64,000 nt of DNA from a bacterium. GTDB taxonomy: Bacteria; UBA8248. Below the pieces are notes generated by a model. The model was not told the origin of the DNA and ran no database searches. It was given only the letters and a program-made list of their open reading frames with translations. This document shows positions 28,957 to 38,358 of this stretch, piece after piece (the stretch's first letter is position 1; every line of letters begins with the position of its first letter). A program made the position numbers and the translations under genes. The DNA lies in the NCBI GenBank assembly GCA_965219955.1, contig OZ244799.1:864001-928000 (forward strand), given 5' to 3'.

Positions 28957-30312
28957 ATGGAACAGGCGGCGGGCATGTCCGAACATCTAGAGAAGGTCTT
29001 CGCGGCGATCGACAAGGGGCGCCTCAAGAAGCTGGGAATGGACCTGGTCGACATCTGGAGCCCCACGGGGGAGGAAGAGGAGATCGCCCGCTTCCTCGGC
29101 GAGCGCTATGAGTCCATCGGGCTCGCCTCGCGCCTCCAGGAGTTCGAGACGGACAGGTTCAACGCGCTGGGGACGCTTCAGGGCGACGGCACGGGCATCG
29201 AGTTCCTCTTCTGCGGACATATCGACACCTCCTACTCGGGCAAGGAGCCCGGCCTCCCCAAGCTCCCCGCCTACCAGCCGAACGCCTGGAGCGAGACGGA
29301 CCCCGCCACGGGCGAGGAGTGGATATACGGCCTGGGCATCTACAACATGAAGGGCGCGATCGCCTGCTACGTTGAGGCGCTGAACGCCATCCAGGACGCG
29401 GGCGTCAAGCTCAAGGGGAACGCCACCGTCGGGGCGGTGGGCGGCGAGATCGAGATGGGCGCGATCGACCAGTACCAGGGCAAGCACTACCGGGGCGGCG
29501 GCTGCGGGGCCTGCTATCTGGCCACCCACGGCGGCACCGCCGACATGGCGGTCATCGGCGAGCCGTCCGAGATGCGGGTGGTCCTCGGCCACATGGGCTA
29601 CGTCTACCACAAGATCACCGTCTACGGGACGCCGGCCCACACGACCTACGCGCACAACGCGGTCAACGCCATCCTGAAGATGAAGAAAATCCTCGACGCC
29701 CTGGAGCGCTGGGCGCCCAAGTACCGCGAAGCGCATCCCTACGGCAACTCGAACGCCAACGTGAACATTGCGGCCATCGAGGGCGGCTGGCCCTGGCGGT
29801 GCAGCCGCACCCCCGTCTTCTGCAACCTCTATCTGGATACGCGCCTCCTGCCCAGGCAGCACCCCCTGGAGATCAAGCGCGAGATTCAGGACATCATCGA
29901 GGAGATCGTGGCGGGAGACCCCGACCTCAAGGTGGACCTCGAGATGTACATGTCCAACCCGGGGGCCGAGATCGAGGATGACGAATACATCTACGGCGCC
30001 ATCAAGCGCGCCCACAAGTCGGTGCACGGCCAGGACCCGGAAACGGTGACGGAGGGCTGGATATCGGACGCATCACACATCACGCGCTACGGCATTCCCA
30101 CCCTCAACTACGGACCCTCCGGCAGGACGCGCTCGGGCGTGCCGGGGTGGGACCCGAACATCGGCGAGCACGTGAGCCTCGAGGACCTCTACCACACCAC
30201 CAAGGTCTATGCGAGCCTGCTGCTCGACGTTTGCGGCAGGCCGAGGGAGGAAATCCTCCCCCACATCAAGCGGAAGATCGAACAGCAGCGCCACAGCACG
30301 GTCACGCTCTGA
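28957..30312 (+). CDS. M20 family metallo-hydrolase (ArgE/DapE-like)
   Basis: GHIDT, YGLGIYNMKG, GGEIE, IGEPS, SDASH, YGP. Confidence 0.85.
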   Translation: MEQAAGMSEHLEKVFAAIDKGRLKKLGMDLVDIWSPTGEEEEIARFLGERYESIGLASRLQEFETDRFNALGTLQGDGTGIEFLFCGHIDTSYSGKEPGLPKLPAYQPNAWSETDPATGEEWIYGLGIYNMKGAIACYVEALNAIQDAGVKLKGNATVGAVGGEIEMGAIDQYQGKHYRGGGCGACYLATHGGTADMAVIGEPSEMRVVLGHMGYVYHKITVYGTPAHTTYAHNAVNAILKMKKILDALERWAPKYREAHPYGNSNANVNIAAIEGGWPWRCSRTPVFCNLYLDTRLLPRQHPLEIKREIQDIIEEIVAGDPDLKVDLEMYMSNPGAEIEDDEYIYGAIKRAHKSVHGQDPETVTEGWISDASHITRYGIPTLNYGPSGRTRSGVPGWDPNIGEHVSLEDLYHTTKVYASLLLDVCGRPREEILPHIKRKIEQQRHSTVTL

Positions 30313-30342
30313 ACCGCGGGAGGAGGAAGGCGGCGGATAGCC

Positions 30343-30551
30343 GGGGTTGCTGAAAAAGACCCTGTGTCGGGGTTGGCGGCATAGAGGTTCACGCGGCGCA
30401 GGCGCGATGGTTTTGTAGGGACAGGCCTCCGTGCCTGTCCTCACGAAGGACAACCACGGAGGGCAGGACAGGCACGGAGGCCTGTCCCTACGGTGAACAA
30501 TTCGATGCCCGGGATTCCCTCCCTCCCCAGGGGGACTTTTTCAACAACCCC
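30343..30551. mobile_element. MITE-like unit (GGGGTTGCTGAAAAAG...CTTTTTCAACAACCCC) with a GTAGGGACAGG doublet
   Basis: Inverted termini; first ~150 bp nearly identical to 31742-31890. Confidence 0.75.
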
Positions 30552-30658
30552 GATAAGGGAGTAGGGGGGTACTGCCCCGGATGATTGGAACCTGGACGTT
30601 TGAGGAAGTTCCTGAAGAAGTTCGCTTTTCGAGGCAATCACTACAGGGAGGTTGAGCT

Positions 30659-31648
30659 ATGCGTCACACGGCAAACAGGATGTTCGGATTCGTGCTGATT
30701 CTACTGGTAGCGTTCGCCCTGGCTGCGGCCGTTCCCGCAGAAGCGGCGCCCAAGAAGTCCTCGTACACCTATCTCATCGGCTCCACGCCCCAGTTCGCGC
30801 CGATGGTGACGGCGGTTCACAAGGGGTTCTACAAGAAGCTGGGGCTCAACGTGAAACTCAAGCACTTCACCTCGGGCGGCGTCGCCGCGCAGTCGTTCAT
30901 CGCGGGACGCGGGGACTTCGTGAACACGGGAGACTGGCCCGCCGTGCGCACCTGGCTCCAGACCAAGGGCAAGATCGTCGGGCTCCACCCCTCCGCGCAC
31001 TACACCGAGCTTTCGGTGGTGGTCGCCAAGAAATCGATCAAGAGCGCCAAGGATTTCATCGGCAAGACGATGGGCGTATGGCTGGGGACGACGTCGGAGT
31101 TCTTCGCGGCCAAGTATCTCGACGCGAACGGCGTCAAGCTCTCCGACGTGAAGTACAAGAACGTCAAGCCGGCCGAGATGGTCGTCGCCCTGGACGGGGG
31201 CGACCTGGACGGCTTCACCATCTGGCAGCCCTTCGGCTGGCGGTCGGTCGAGGTGTCGGGCGCGAACAAGGTGCACATCCTGAGCACGGGCAAGGGTTTC
31301 TTCACGGAGTACATGGTCACGTCCGTCCGCAAGGACCTCATCGACAACGACTTCGACGCCGTGACGGCGCTCATCAAGGGAACGATCCAGGGCGCCGAAT
31401 TCTCCGCGAAGAACGTCGACGAAGCGGCGAAGATCGTGGGCAAGGAGTTCAAGGTCCCCGCGGACAAGGCAAAGCGGATGATCGCGGTCATGAACATGGA
31501 CGTGGCCTATACGCAGCAATTCCGAAAAGACATGGACGGCCTCAACAACTTCATGATCTCGAAGGGCAAGTCCAAGGCCAAGGTGGACTGGGGCAAGCTC
31601 TTCGACACGCGGGGCCTGAAGTCGGTGAGTTCCAAGCTCATCAAGTAG
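30659..31648 (+). CDS. ABC transporter substrate-binding protein (SsuA/TauA/NMT1-like)
   Basis: Signal peptide; FTSGG, GTTSE, WQPF motifs; upstream of the ATPase and permeases. Confidence 0.85.
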   Translation: MRHTANRMFGFVLILLVAFALAAAVPAEAAPKKSSYTYLIGSTPQFAPMVTAVHKGFYKKLGLNVKLKHFTSGGVAAQSFIAGRGDFVNTGDWPAVRTWLQTKGKIVGLHPSAHYTELSVVVAKKSIKSAKDFIGKTMGVWLGTTSEFFAAKYLDANGVKLSDVKYKNVKPAEMVVALDGGDLDGFTIWQPFGWRSVEVSGANKVHILSTGKGFFTEYMVTSVRKDLIDNDFDAVTALIKGTIQGAEFSAKNVDEAAKIVGKEFKVPADKAKRMIAVMNMDVAYTQQFRKDMDGLNNFMISKGKSKAKVDWGKLFDTRGLKSVSSKLIK

Positions 31649-31724
31649 GCAAGGGACGAAAACGCGGTTCGGGCCAGTTGAAAGAGTCCAGTGAACGATT
31701 TTGGTTGAGCGCAAGTTTTTGAAT

Positions 31725-32293
31725 TTCATTCCCCCCTTGAGGGGGTTGTTGAAAAAGCCTGTTTCGGGGTCGGCGGCATGGAGGTTCACGCGGCGCAGGC
31801 GCGATGGTTTTGTAGGGACAGGCCTCCGTGCCTGTCCTCACGAAGGACAACCACGAAAGGCAGGACAGGCACGGAGGCCTGTCCCTACGGGCGAATGCAG
31901 TTTTGATCGTCATTCCGGTAATCAATGCCGACCGAGGAGGGGTTTTTCAACAGCCCCTTGAGTGGGAGTGAATCTGAAAACCCACGGGGGAGGGGCTGTT
32001 GAAAAAGCCGCGTGGAGCGATTTTGGGAATTCAGGCAACCGACGAGAGAGAAGAAATCACTCCCCCCTTGAGGGGGAGTCGATGAGCTAAGGGCGCAAGC
32101 CCGCAAGCGAATCGGTGGGGGGACATGCCGCAGAAAAAGCGCCCCCCACCGAATCGGCCTTCGCACAAACCGCTCGGCCTCTTCGACTCCCCCTCAAGGG
32201 GGGAGTGAAATTCAACGCGCTCCCTCAGGGGGCTTTTTCAACAGGCCCGAGGAGAGAGGGGTCGCTTCCCCTCAAGGGGCTTTTTCAACAGCG
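31725..32293. repeat. Stacked repeat mosaic inside the ABC gene cluster: MITE 31742-31957 (TTGAG duplication) and a second unit carrying a CACTCCCCCCTTGAGGGGGAG doublet
   Basis: Direct reading; doublet homologous, in inverted orientation, to 62993-63170. Confidence 0.8.
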
Positions 32294-32351
32294 CTGTTTC
32301 CCCCGTCTCCGGCATGCCGAGCGGCCCGGGGGCGGGGACGAGGAGGCCGGA

Positions 32352-33137
32352 GTGAGTTGGCGGGTCTTACGCCTGGAGGGCGTGGGGAAGGATTTCACCC
32401 GCGCCGACGGGGGCGTCGCGCAGGTATTGCGGGACGTCACCCTGACCGTGGAGCGGGGGTCTTTCTTCACCCTCCTCGGGCCGAGCGGGTGCGGCAAATC
32501 CACCCTCCTCAACATCGTCGCCGGCTTCGAGGGGGCGACGACGGGAGGCGCGTCCCTCGACGAGGAGCCCGTCGCCGGACCCGGAACGGACAGGACGGTC
32601 ATCTTCCAGGACGTGAGCAACGCCCTCTTTCCCTGGATGAACGCGCGCGAGAACGTGGAGTTCGGCCCGAAGATGGCCCGCCTCGGCGCCGGGGTGCGCA
32701 AGGAGCGCGCCGACACGTACCTTCGGCTCGTCGGTCTCGACGCCGACGCCGGGAAGTTCCCCTTCGAACTCTCGGGCGGGATGAAGCAGCGCATCCAGAT
32801 CGCACGCGCGCTGGCGAACGACCCGGACATCCTCCTCATGGACGAGCCGTTCGCGGCCCTGGACGCGATAACGAAAAAACACCTCCAGGTCGAATTCCGT
32901 AAAATCTGGTCCGAGACGGGCAAGACCATTTTCTACATCACCCACGACATTTTCGAGGCGCTCCTGCTGAGCACCCACCTGGCGGTGATGACGGCCGGGC
33001 CGAAGGCGGGGATCAAGGAGGTCTTCCAACTCGACCTCGAAGAACCCCGCTCTCCGTCCAATCCCGATTTCGCCGCCATGTACAGCCGGGTCGAGACGCT
33101 CATCGACGAAGAAGTACAGAGGATGCGCGCCCGGTGA
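32352..33137 (+). CDS. ABC transporter ATP-binding protein (SsuB/TauB-like)
   Basis: GPSGCGKST, LSGGMKQR, LLMDEPF; GAGGAGG before GTG 32352. Confidence 0.93.
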   Translation: MSWRVLRLEGVGKDFTRADGGVAQVLRDVTLTVERGSFFTLLGPSGCGKSTLLNIVAGFEGATTGGASLDEEPVAGPGTDRTVIFQDVSNALFPWMNARENVEFGPKMARLGAGVRKERADTYLRLVGLDADAGKFPFELSGGMKQRIQIARALANDPDILLMDEPFAALDAITKKHLQVEFRKIWSETGKTIFYITHDIFEALLLSTHLAVMTAGPKAGIKEVFQLDLEEPRSPSNPDFAAMYSRVETLIDEEVQRMRAR

Positions 33138-33901
33138 ACCGCCGGACGGTATTCTGGAGAACGCTCTCGGTCGCCGCTGCGCTCTCCCTGTGGTGGTTGA
33201 GCAGCGGCACCCTCTTCAACCCGATCCTGGTGCCCGCGCCGCACAAGGTCGCCGTGCACCTCTGGGAGATGACGGCGGACGGCGAGATCATCTTTCACGC
33301 CTGGGCCAGCCTGCGGCGCGTGATCGTCGGTTACACGCTCGGCTCCGTCCTGGGGATTCTCACGGGGGTCGCCGTCGCGCGGATCCGGATCGCCGAAGAC
33401 ATGCTGGAGCCGCCCCTTCAGTTCGTGCGCAACATCACGCCGGTCGCCATCATCCCGCTGGCGGTGAACGCCTTCGGCCTGGAGGAGCCCAGCAAGTATT
33501 TCGTCATCATCTATTCGACCATCATTCCGGTCGTCTTCAACACCGCGGCGGGGGTGGCGTCGACGCCCCAGATTCGCGTCCGCGCGGCCATGTGCCTGGG
33601 CGCGGGGCGCTGGGACATCTTCATGCGCGTGGTGCTGCCCTCGGCCTGGCCGTTCATCCTCACAGGCCTCAGGGTCGCGCTCGGCTTCGCGTTCATGGGG
33701 GTGGTGGCCGCGGAGATGATCGCGGCCGAGTCCGGCGTGGGCTACCTCATCATGCAAAGCCGGAACATGCTGCTGCCCGAGCAGATGTTCTCGGGGCTGT
33801 TCCTGCTGGGCCTGATCGGGCTCGTGACGGATCGCGCCTTCCAGTTCACCATCGGCAGGCTCATGCGGCGCTATATGCTGCAGACGGCCGCGTTCGACTG
33901 A
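33134..33901 (+). CDS. ABC transporter permease (SsuC/TauC-like)
   Basis: Hydrophobic; ASLRRV, VVLPSAWP, VVAAEM. Confidence 0.9.
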   Translation: MNRRTVFWRTLSVAAALSLWWLSSGTLFNPILVPAPHKVAVHLWEMTADGEIIFHAWASLRRVIVGYTLGSVLGILTGVAVARIRIAEDMLEPPLQFVRNITPVAIIPLAVNAFGLEEPSKYFVIIYSTIIPVVFNTAAGVASTPQIRVRAAMCLGAGRWDIFMRVVLPSAWPFILTGLRVALGFAFMGVVAAEMIAAESGVGYLIMQSRNMLLPEQMFSGLFLLGLIGLVTDRAFQFTIGRLMRRYMLQTAAFD

Positions 33902-33924
33902 TACGGGACGGGAGACGGGAAAGA

Positions 33925-34683
33925 ATGAATGCGGGCAAATTGGCGAGGCTGTCGGTTTCGATCCTGGTGTTCACAGGGGTCTGGTGGACGTCGAGCGGGA
34001 CCTTCTTCGAGGAGGCGATCGTTCCCTCTCCCGTCTCGGTGGCCGGGAAACTCGGCGAAATGATCTGGAACACCGAGCTGTTCGCCCACCTCGGAGCGAG
34101 CCTGCGGCGCATCGTCCTGGGCTACGCCCTGGGCTGCGTCATCGGGGTCGTGGTCGGCGTGGCGACCGGGGCGATTCGACTGGCCCGCGACCTCATCGAG
34201 CCGCCGCTGGAATTTTGCCGGAACATCCCGCCGGTGGCCCTCATCCCGCTGGTCGTCTCGATCTTCGGCATCGGCGAGATCGGAAAGTACTTCATCATCT
34301 CCTACGCCGCGGGGATCGCGGTGCTGTTCAACACCGCGGCAGGCGTCGCCTCCACGCCTCAGATCAGGGTCCGGGCCGCCCTCTGCCTGGGCGCGCGCAA
34401 ACAAGACATCTTCATGCGGGTCGTCCTGCCTTCGGCCTGGCCCCACGTCCTCACCGGGCTCAGGCTCGCGCTGGGCTTCTCCTTCATGGGCGTCGTGGCC
34501 GCGGAGATGCTGGCCGCGGACCAGGGCATCGGCTTCCTCATCATGCAGAGCACGAACATCATCGCGCCCGCCGAGATGTTCGTCGGGTTCCTGATGCTGG
34601 GCTCGTTCGGCCTCATCACCGACCAGCTCTTCCGGATGACCATCCACAGGCTCATGCGGCGCTATATGATTCCCATGGCGTGA
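33925..34683 (+). CDS. ABC transporter permease, paralogue of the previous gene
   Basis: Shares FNTAAGVASTPQIRVRAA...IFMRVVLPSAWP with the upstream permease. Confidence 0.9.
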   Translation: MNAGKLARLSVSILVFTGVWWTSSGTFFEEAIVPSPVSVAGKLGEMIWNTELFAHLGASLRRIVLGYALGCVIGVVVGVATGAIRLARDLIEPPLEFCRNIPPVALIPLVVSIFGIGEIGKYFIISYAAGIAVLFNTAAGVASTPQIRVRAALCLGARKQDIFMRVVLPSAWPHVLTGLRLALGFSFMGVVAAEMLAADQGIGFLIMQSTNIIAPAEMFVGFLMLGSFGLITDQLFRMTIHRLMRRYMIPMA

Positions 34684-35020
34684 AGCTGGAAAGACGCGGG
34701 GGACCGAACGGCCCGGGGGGTGTTCCGGCACTATGAGCCGAGGCCTGTGGGCTTAGTCTCTGGTCTCTGGCGGGCCGCGGGGAGGCCGGCCGGGACGTAC
34801 GACGGAGCCTCGCGCACGACGCCTGCGATGATGTTTCAGGGGTTCTGTCCGCGCGTCCTGTTCGGCGCCGGCAGGCGCGAACGACCCCGGGTTCGTCTCT
34901 ATACGGCTCACGTATGTATGTGTATGGTGTTTCAAAATTCACCCTTTCATAAGAAGAAACCAAATCAGAAACAATAATCGTTTCGCGCAAAAGGCATTCG
35001 CCGTTCTTCTCTCGCTCGCG

Positions 35021-36463
35021 TTGATATTGTCGGGCTGCGGTGGAGGCGGCGGGGGCGGTTTCGGACCCGCCGTTATCGGTTCTTTCGGTATCCAGAACAC
35101 CGCGGGGGTGGATATACGGGATACGTGGAAATCGACCGAGCCGATCGCCTCCTATTTCGGCCTGCAAGGAGGCGGCAGTCTCCCCCGGTTCGAGGGTCTG
35201 GACCCGTCGGGGTATTCCGTCCTGGGTTCGAAGGACGGGATCACGTACGCGCAGCGGATGTCGGGTCCGACGGACACGATTGATATTGACTTCATTGGGG
35301 ATTTTGATGGGTATTTTGATACGTTACCGGATTACGTGCAGGGCACCATAGAAAGAGCGGGAAAGGCCTGGTCTCACAGGCTCAAGGATGTGCTCGGATC
35401 CTTCATGTCAACAGATGAAGTGGTGACACGCAAGGGGAGGAATGAGTTGGGGCATACCATCCCGCGTCTGGTGGACGGGATTCTTCTTGATTTTGAAACT
35501 GATTTCGAGAATCCCAAGTGGGATTATGCTTGGGGGGGATCCAGGGGGCTATACCGGTACGAACAAGTAGTGGGACAGGATTTTACGGTAAGGACGGGCT
35601 GGTTTGAGGTGGCGGCGGGTGACATCAACAGTGGACCATTGTGGTTCGCTTATATTGCCGCTCATGAGATTGGCCACGCAATCGGGAGTGGTTTGGAATT
35701 TGGCAGAAGCGACATACCCGAAGCAATTGAACGTTATGTGGACTATGACCGGGGGGTATGGACCGGCCCGGAATTGACGGCGGCCAACGGAGGCAGGAAC
35801 GTGCGCTTCCAGAAGGATCGCGACGGCGAACCGGATTTTGGTCATCTGGGCGCCTGCCCGATGATCATGTCCTATTGCGGCCCTGAGATTGCGATTCCGC
35901 ATGAGATGGATTTCGCCTACATGAAGGATATCGGATACACCGTGGCGGATGACTATCCTGCCGAGCCTGAGCTCTACAGTTACGGCGCATGGGCGAAGCA
36001 CTCGGCGTGGGTGGTTACGACGGCCCGGCACATGACCTTCACTTCCACTCGCATCACCGATCGCATTACGGTGGAGGCGGACGTTTTCGGGAATCCGGCA
36101 GTCACCAATTTCGCCGATGCGCATACGGGCACGCTGACGTGGAACGGCTCCCTGCTGGCTACCGATATGAATAAGTTCGCTCCGGTGTTCGGCGAGGCGG
36201 AAATCGTTCTCTCGGCCGATACGCTCGACGGCACGGCGCGGTTTATGAATCTTCGCACGGCAGTTGACGTGGAAGCGCAGGCCCGGCTGACGGGATGGCG
36301 TAAATCCGGCCTGGCGTATGACGTGACGGTGGAAGCAAACGGTTTCACCGACGCGGACGGAAAAGTGATTGGCGGGTTTTACGGCCCGAACCACGAGGAG
36401 GCGGCGGGGATTCTCGATGATCGGGCGGAGAAAATTCTCGGCGCCTTCGGCGGGAGAAGATGA
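35021..36463 (+). CDS. Putative lipoprotein with an HEXXH zinc-peptidase-like domain and a C-terminal TbpB-like barrel; true start uncertain
   Basis: LSGC lipobox plus Gly run; AAHEIGHAIG; GGFYGPNHEEAAG...LGAFGG C-terminus. Confidence 0.6.
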   Translation: MILSGCGGGGGGGFGPAVIGSFGIQNTAGVDIRDTWKSTEPIASYFGLQGGGSLPRFEGLDPSGYSVLGSKDGITYAQRMSGPTDTIDIDFIGDFDGYFDTLPDYVQGTIERAGKAWSHRLKDVLGSFMSTDEVVTRKGRNELGHTIPRLVDGILLDFETDFENPKWDYAWGGSRGLYRYEQVVGQDFTVRTGWFEVAAGDINSGPLWFAYIAAHEIGHAIGSGLEFGRSDIPEAIERYVDYDRGVWTGPELTAANGGRNVRFQKDRDGEPDFGHLGACPMIMSYCGPEIAIPHEMDFAYMKDIGYTVADDYPAEPELYSYGAWAKHSAWVVTTARHMTFTSTRITDRITVEADVFGNPAVTNFADAHTGTLTWNGSLLATDMNKFAPVFGEAEIVLSADTLDGTARFMNLRTAVDVEAQARLTGWRKSGLAYDVTVEANGFTDADGKVIGGFYGPNHEEAAGILDDRAEKILGAFGGRR

Positions 36464-36784
36464 GGACGGTTGCGACGCCCACTCGCTGCGCTTCCCGGTT
36501 CCGGCCGACAGATAAAACAGGGGAAAGACTTGGCGCACGGCACGAAGGCATGGGCGGTGTCGTCGAGAGAAGCGATATGTCCGCCGGATTCGGTGGAACG
36601 CGATAGAAAAAGATGGAAAGCCAAGGATGCTGTAGTGGGGATGGCGAAATATCAGGCTGATTCGTATCTTTTATTCCGCTCTAATCAATTAATCTGGGGT
36701 TTGTCTACTCTTTCTGGTATTTCCTGAAGAATCTCTCGCCTCGATACTGACTTGGGATGCTGTTCACCCGGAATCGAGGTTCGT

Positions 36785-36855
36785 ATCATGCTGAGCACGA
36801 ACATCGTCGCGCCCGCCGAGATGTTCGTCGGGTTCTTCATGTTGGTCTCGCTCGT
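36785..36855 (+). pseudogene. Degenerate ~70-bp copy of the 3' part of the second permease gene (34540-34610)
   Basis: atcatgctgagcacgaacatcgtcgcgcccgccgagatgttcgtcgggttc vs atcatgcagagcacgaacatcatcgcgcccgccgagatgttcgtcgggttc. Confidence 0.8.
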
Positions 36856-36949
36856 CGTGACGCCATACCGGCGCGAAAGGATTTGACTCGCGGATCGGTT
36901 GTTGGGCCCATAAGGGGATAACCCCTCCCCGGTCGCGTTCGACGCCCAG

Positions 36950-37830
36950 CCTCCCTTGAGGAGTCTGTTGAAAAAGTCCCCCAAGGGGTTGTTGACTCCC
37001 CCCCCAATCGGGGCTGTTGAAAAACCCTGCAATGCCAGGATTGCCGGAATGACGACGATCTACGGGTCGAGGCCGGCGTAGGGGCCGTTCGCGAACGGCC
37101 CCTACAGGCTTTCTTCTCGCCGGTCGCATCGAACCCTCGTTCATCGGGCCTTTTTCAAGAAACCCCTCAGGGGGGAGCGTCCACCCCATCGACCCGCTCG
37201 GGATGGCCTTTCGACAGGCTCAGGACAGGCCCTTCGATACGCGGCTTCGCCGCTACTCAGGGTGAGGGGTGCCGGGGAACGGCGGAGCCTGCCCCGAGCG
37301 AAGTCGAGGAGGCGGCTGCTCGGGGCGAGAGTGATATGGCGGTTGCTCAGGGTGAGGAAGACATAAAACTTCCTCATCCCGAGCAGGCTCGCCAGGGCCG
37401 TATCGAAGGTCAAACGCGACTGATGAGGGGTTGTTGAAAAAGTCATACTCGGCCGGAATTAACTACCGCCGACGCGGCTACGGACTTCTCCTTAGTACTC
37501 ATTGCCAACCGACGAGAGAGAAGAGAATCACTCCCCCCATGAGGGCCTGTTGAAAAAGTCCTCTCAAGCGGTGGGGGTACGATGGTTTTGTAGGGACAGG
37601 CCTCCGTGCCTGTCCTGCCCTCCATGGTTGTCCTTCGTCAGGACAGGCACGGAGGCCTGTCCCTACGGTAAACAATTCGATGATCGGGATTCCCTCCGTT
37701 CTTCGGGAGGACTTTTTCAACAACCCCTTGACAGGGGGGTAAAAAAAGAAAGCCCCCGGCGAGGGGGGGGGTAAAGGCAATGCCCCGACCTGGAGTTTTT
37801 CAAGAATCCCTCATCGGTCGGGTTTGGCCC
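36950..37830. repeat. Largest repeat mosaic: several TGTTGAAAAA-bounded units carrying full or partial copies of the REP-like families
   Basis: TGTTGAAAAA near 36966, 37015, 37432 and 37548, with inverse ends near 37150, 37713 and 37796. Confidence 0.85.
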
Positions 37831-38066
37831 CGCGTGGTTGTCCGCTCCCGGGGTTTTCCGTAGCCGGGCCGGACGCGGGGGCCGGACAGGACGCGGCCTG
37901 TCCATGCAAGCGGATTCACTCGCCGTGTCGTCGATCCGGCGAGATCAATCGGCGGGAACGACGCATTTGCCCGCATTTGCCGCTGTTCATCTCCTCCCGT
38001 GCTTCCCTAGACTGCGGGAGCGGGATATCCCCCTTCAGCCCCGGCCGAAGAGGGGAGGGCCGCCGG

Positions 38067-38358
38067 GACTTCTCCCGTGAATTTCATAAGGGCATGTCCG
38101 GTGAAGGAATCGAATTTCCCGTAGCCGTTTTCATAAGGGCATACCCGGCGGGGCAGCCGTATTTCCTGCAGCCGTTTTCACAGGGGCGAACCCGGTGGAG
38201 GGATCGAATGTCTCGCAGTCATTTTCATAGAGGCGAACCGGGCTGTAATACCGTATTCCACGCAGCCGCATACCCATGGGTGATGAGGAGGGCTTACCAA
38301 ATTCCTCGCAGCCGTTTCATCAAGGTGAACCCGATGAGTCACCAAATCTCCTGGAGCC
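38067..38358. repeat. Degenerate 47-bp tandem array (about 6 units), consensus ATTTCCYGCAGCCGTTTTCATARGGGCRWACCCGG-N9-CGW
   Basis: Unit starts 38114, 38161, 38208, 38255, 38301 (spacings 47, 47, 47, 46); partial units on either side. Confidence 0.8.

Noticed and set aside
32115-32351. N-terminal extension of the ABC ATPase ORF (also those of the ORFs at 21923 and 33190)
   Set aside because: The extensions run through repeat DNA or an overlapping gene; better SD-linked starts exist downstream
38067-38358. CRISPR array interpretation of the 47-bp repeats
   Set aside because: Repeats are too degenerate, the variable parts are only ~9 nt and partly related to each other, and no cas genes are in the window
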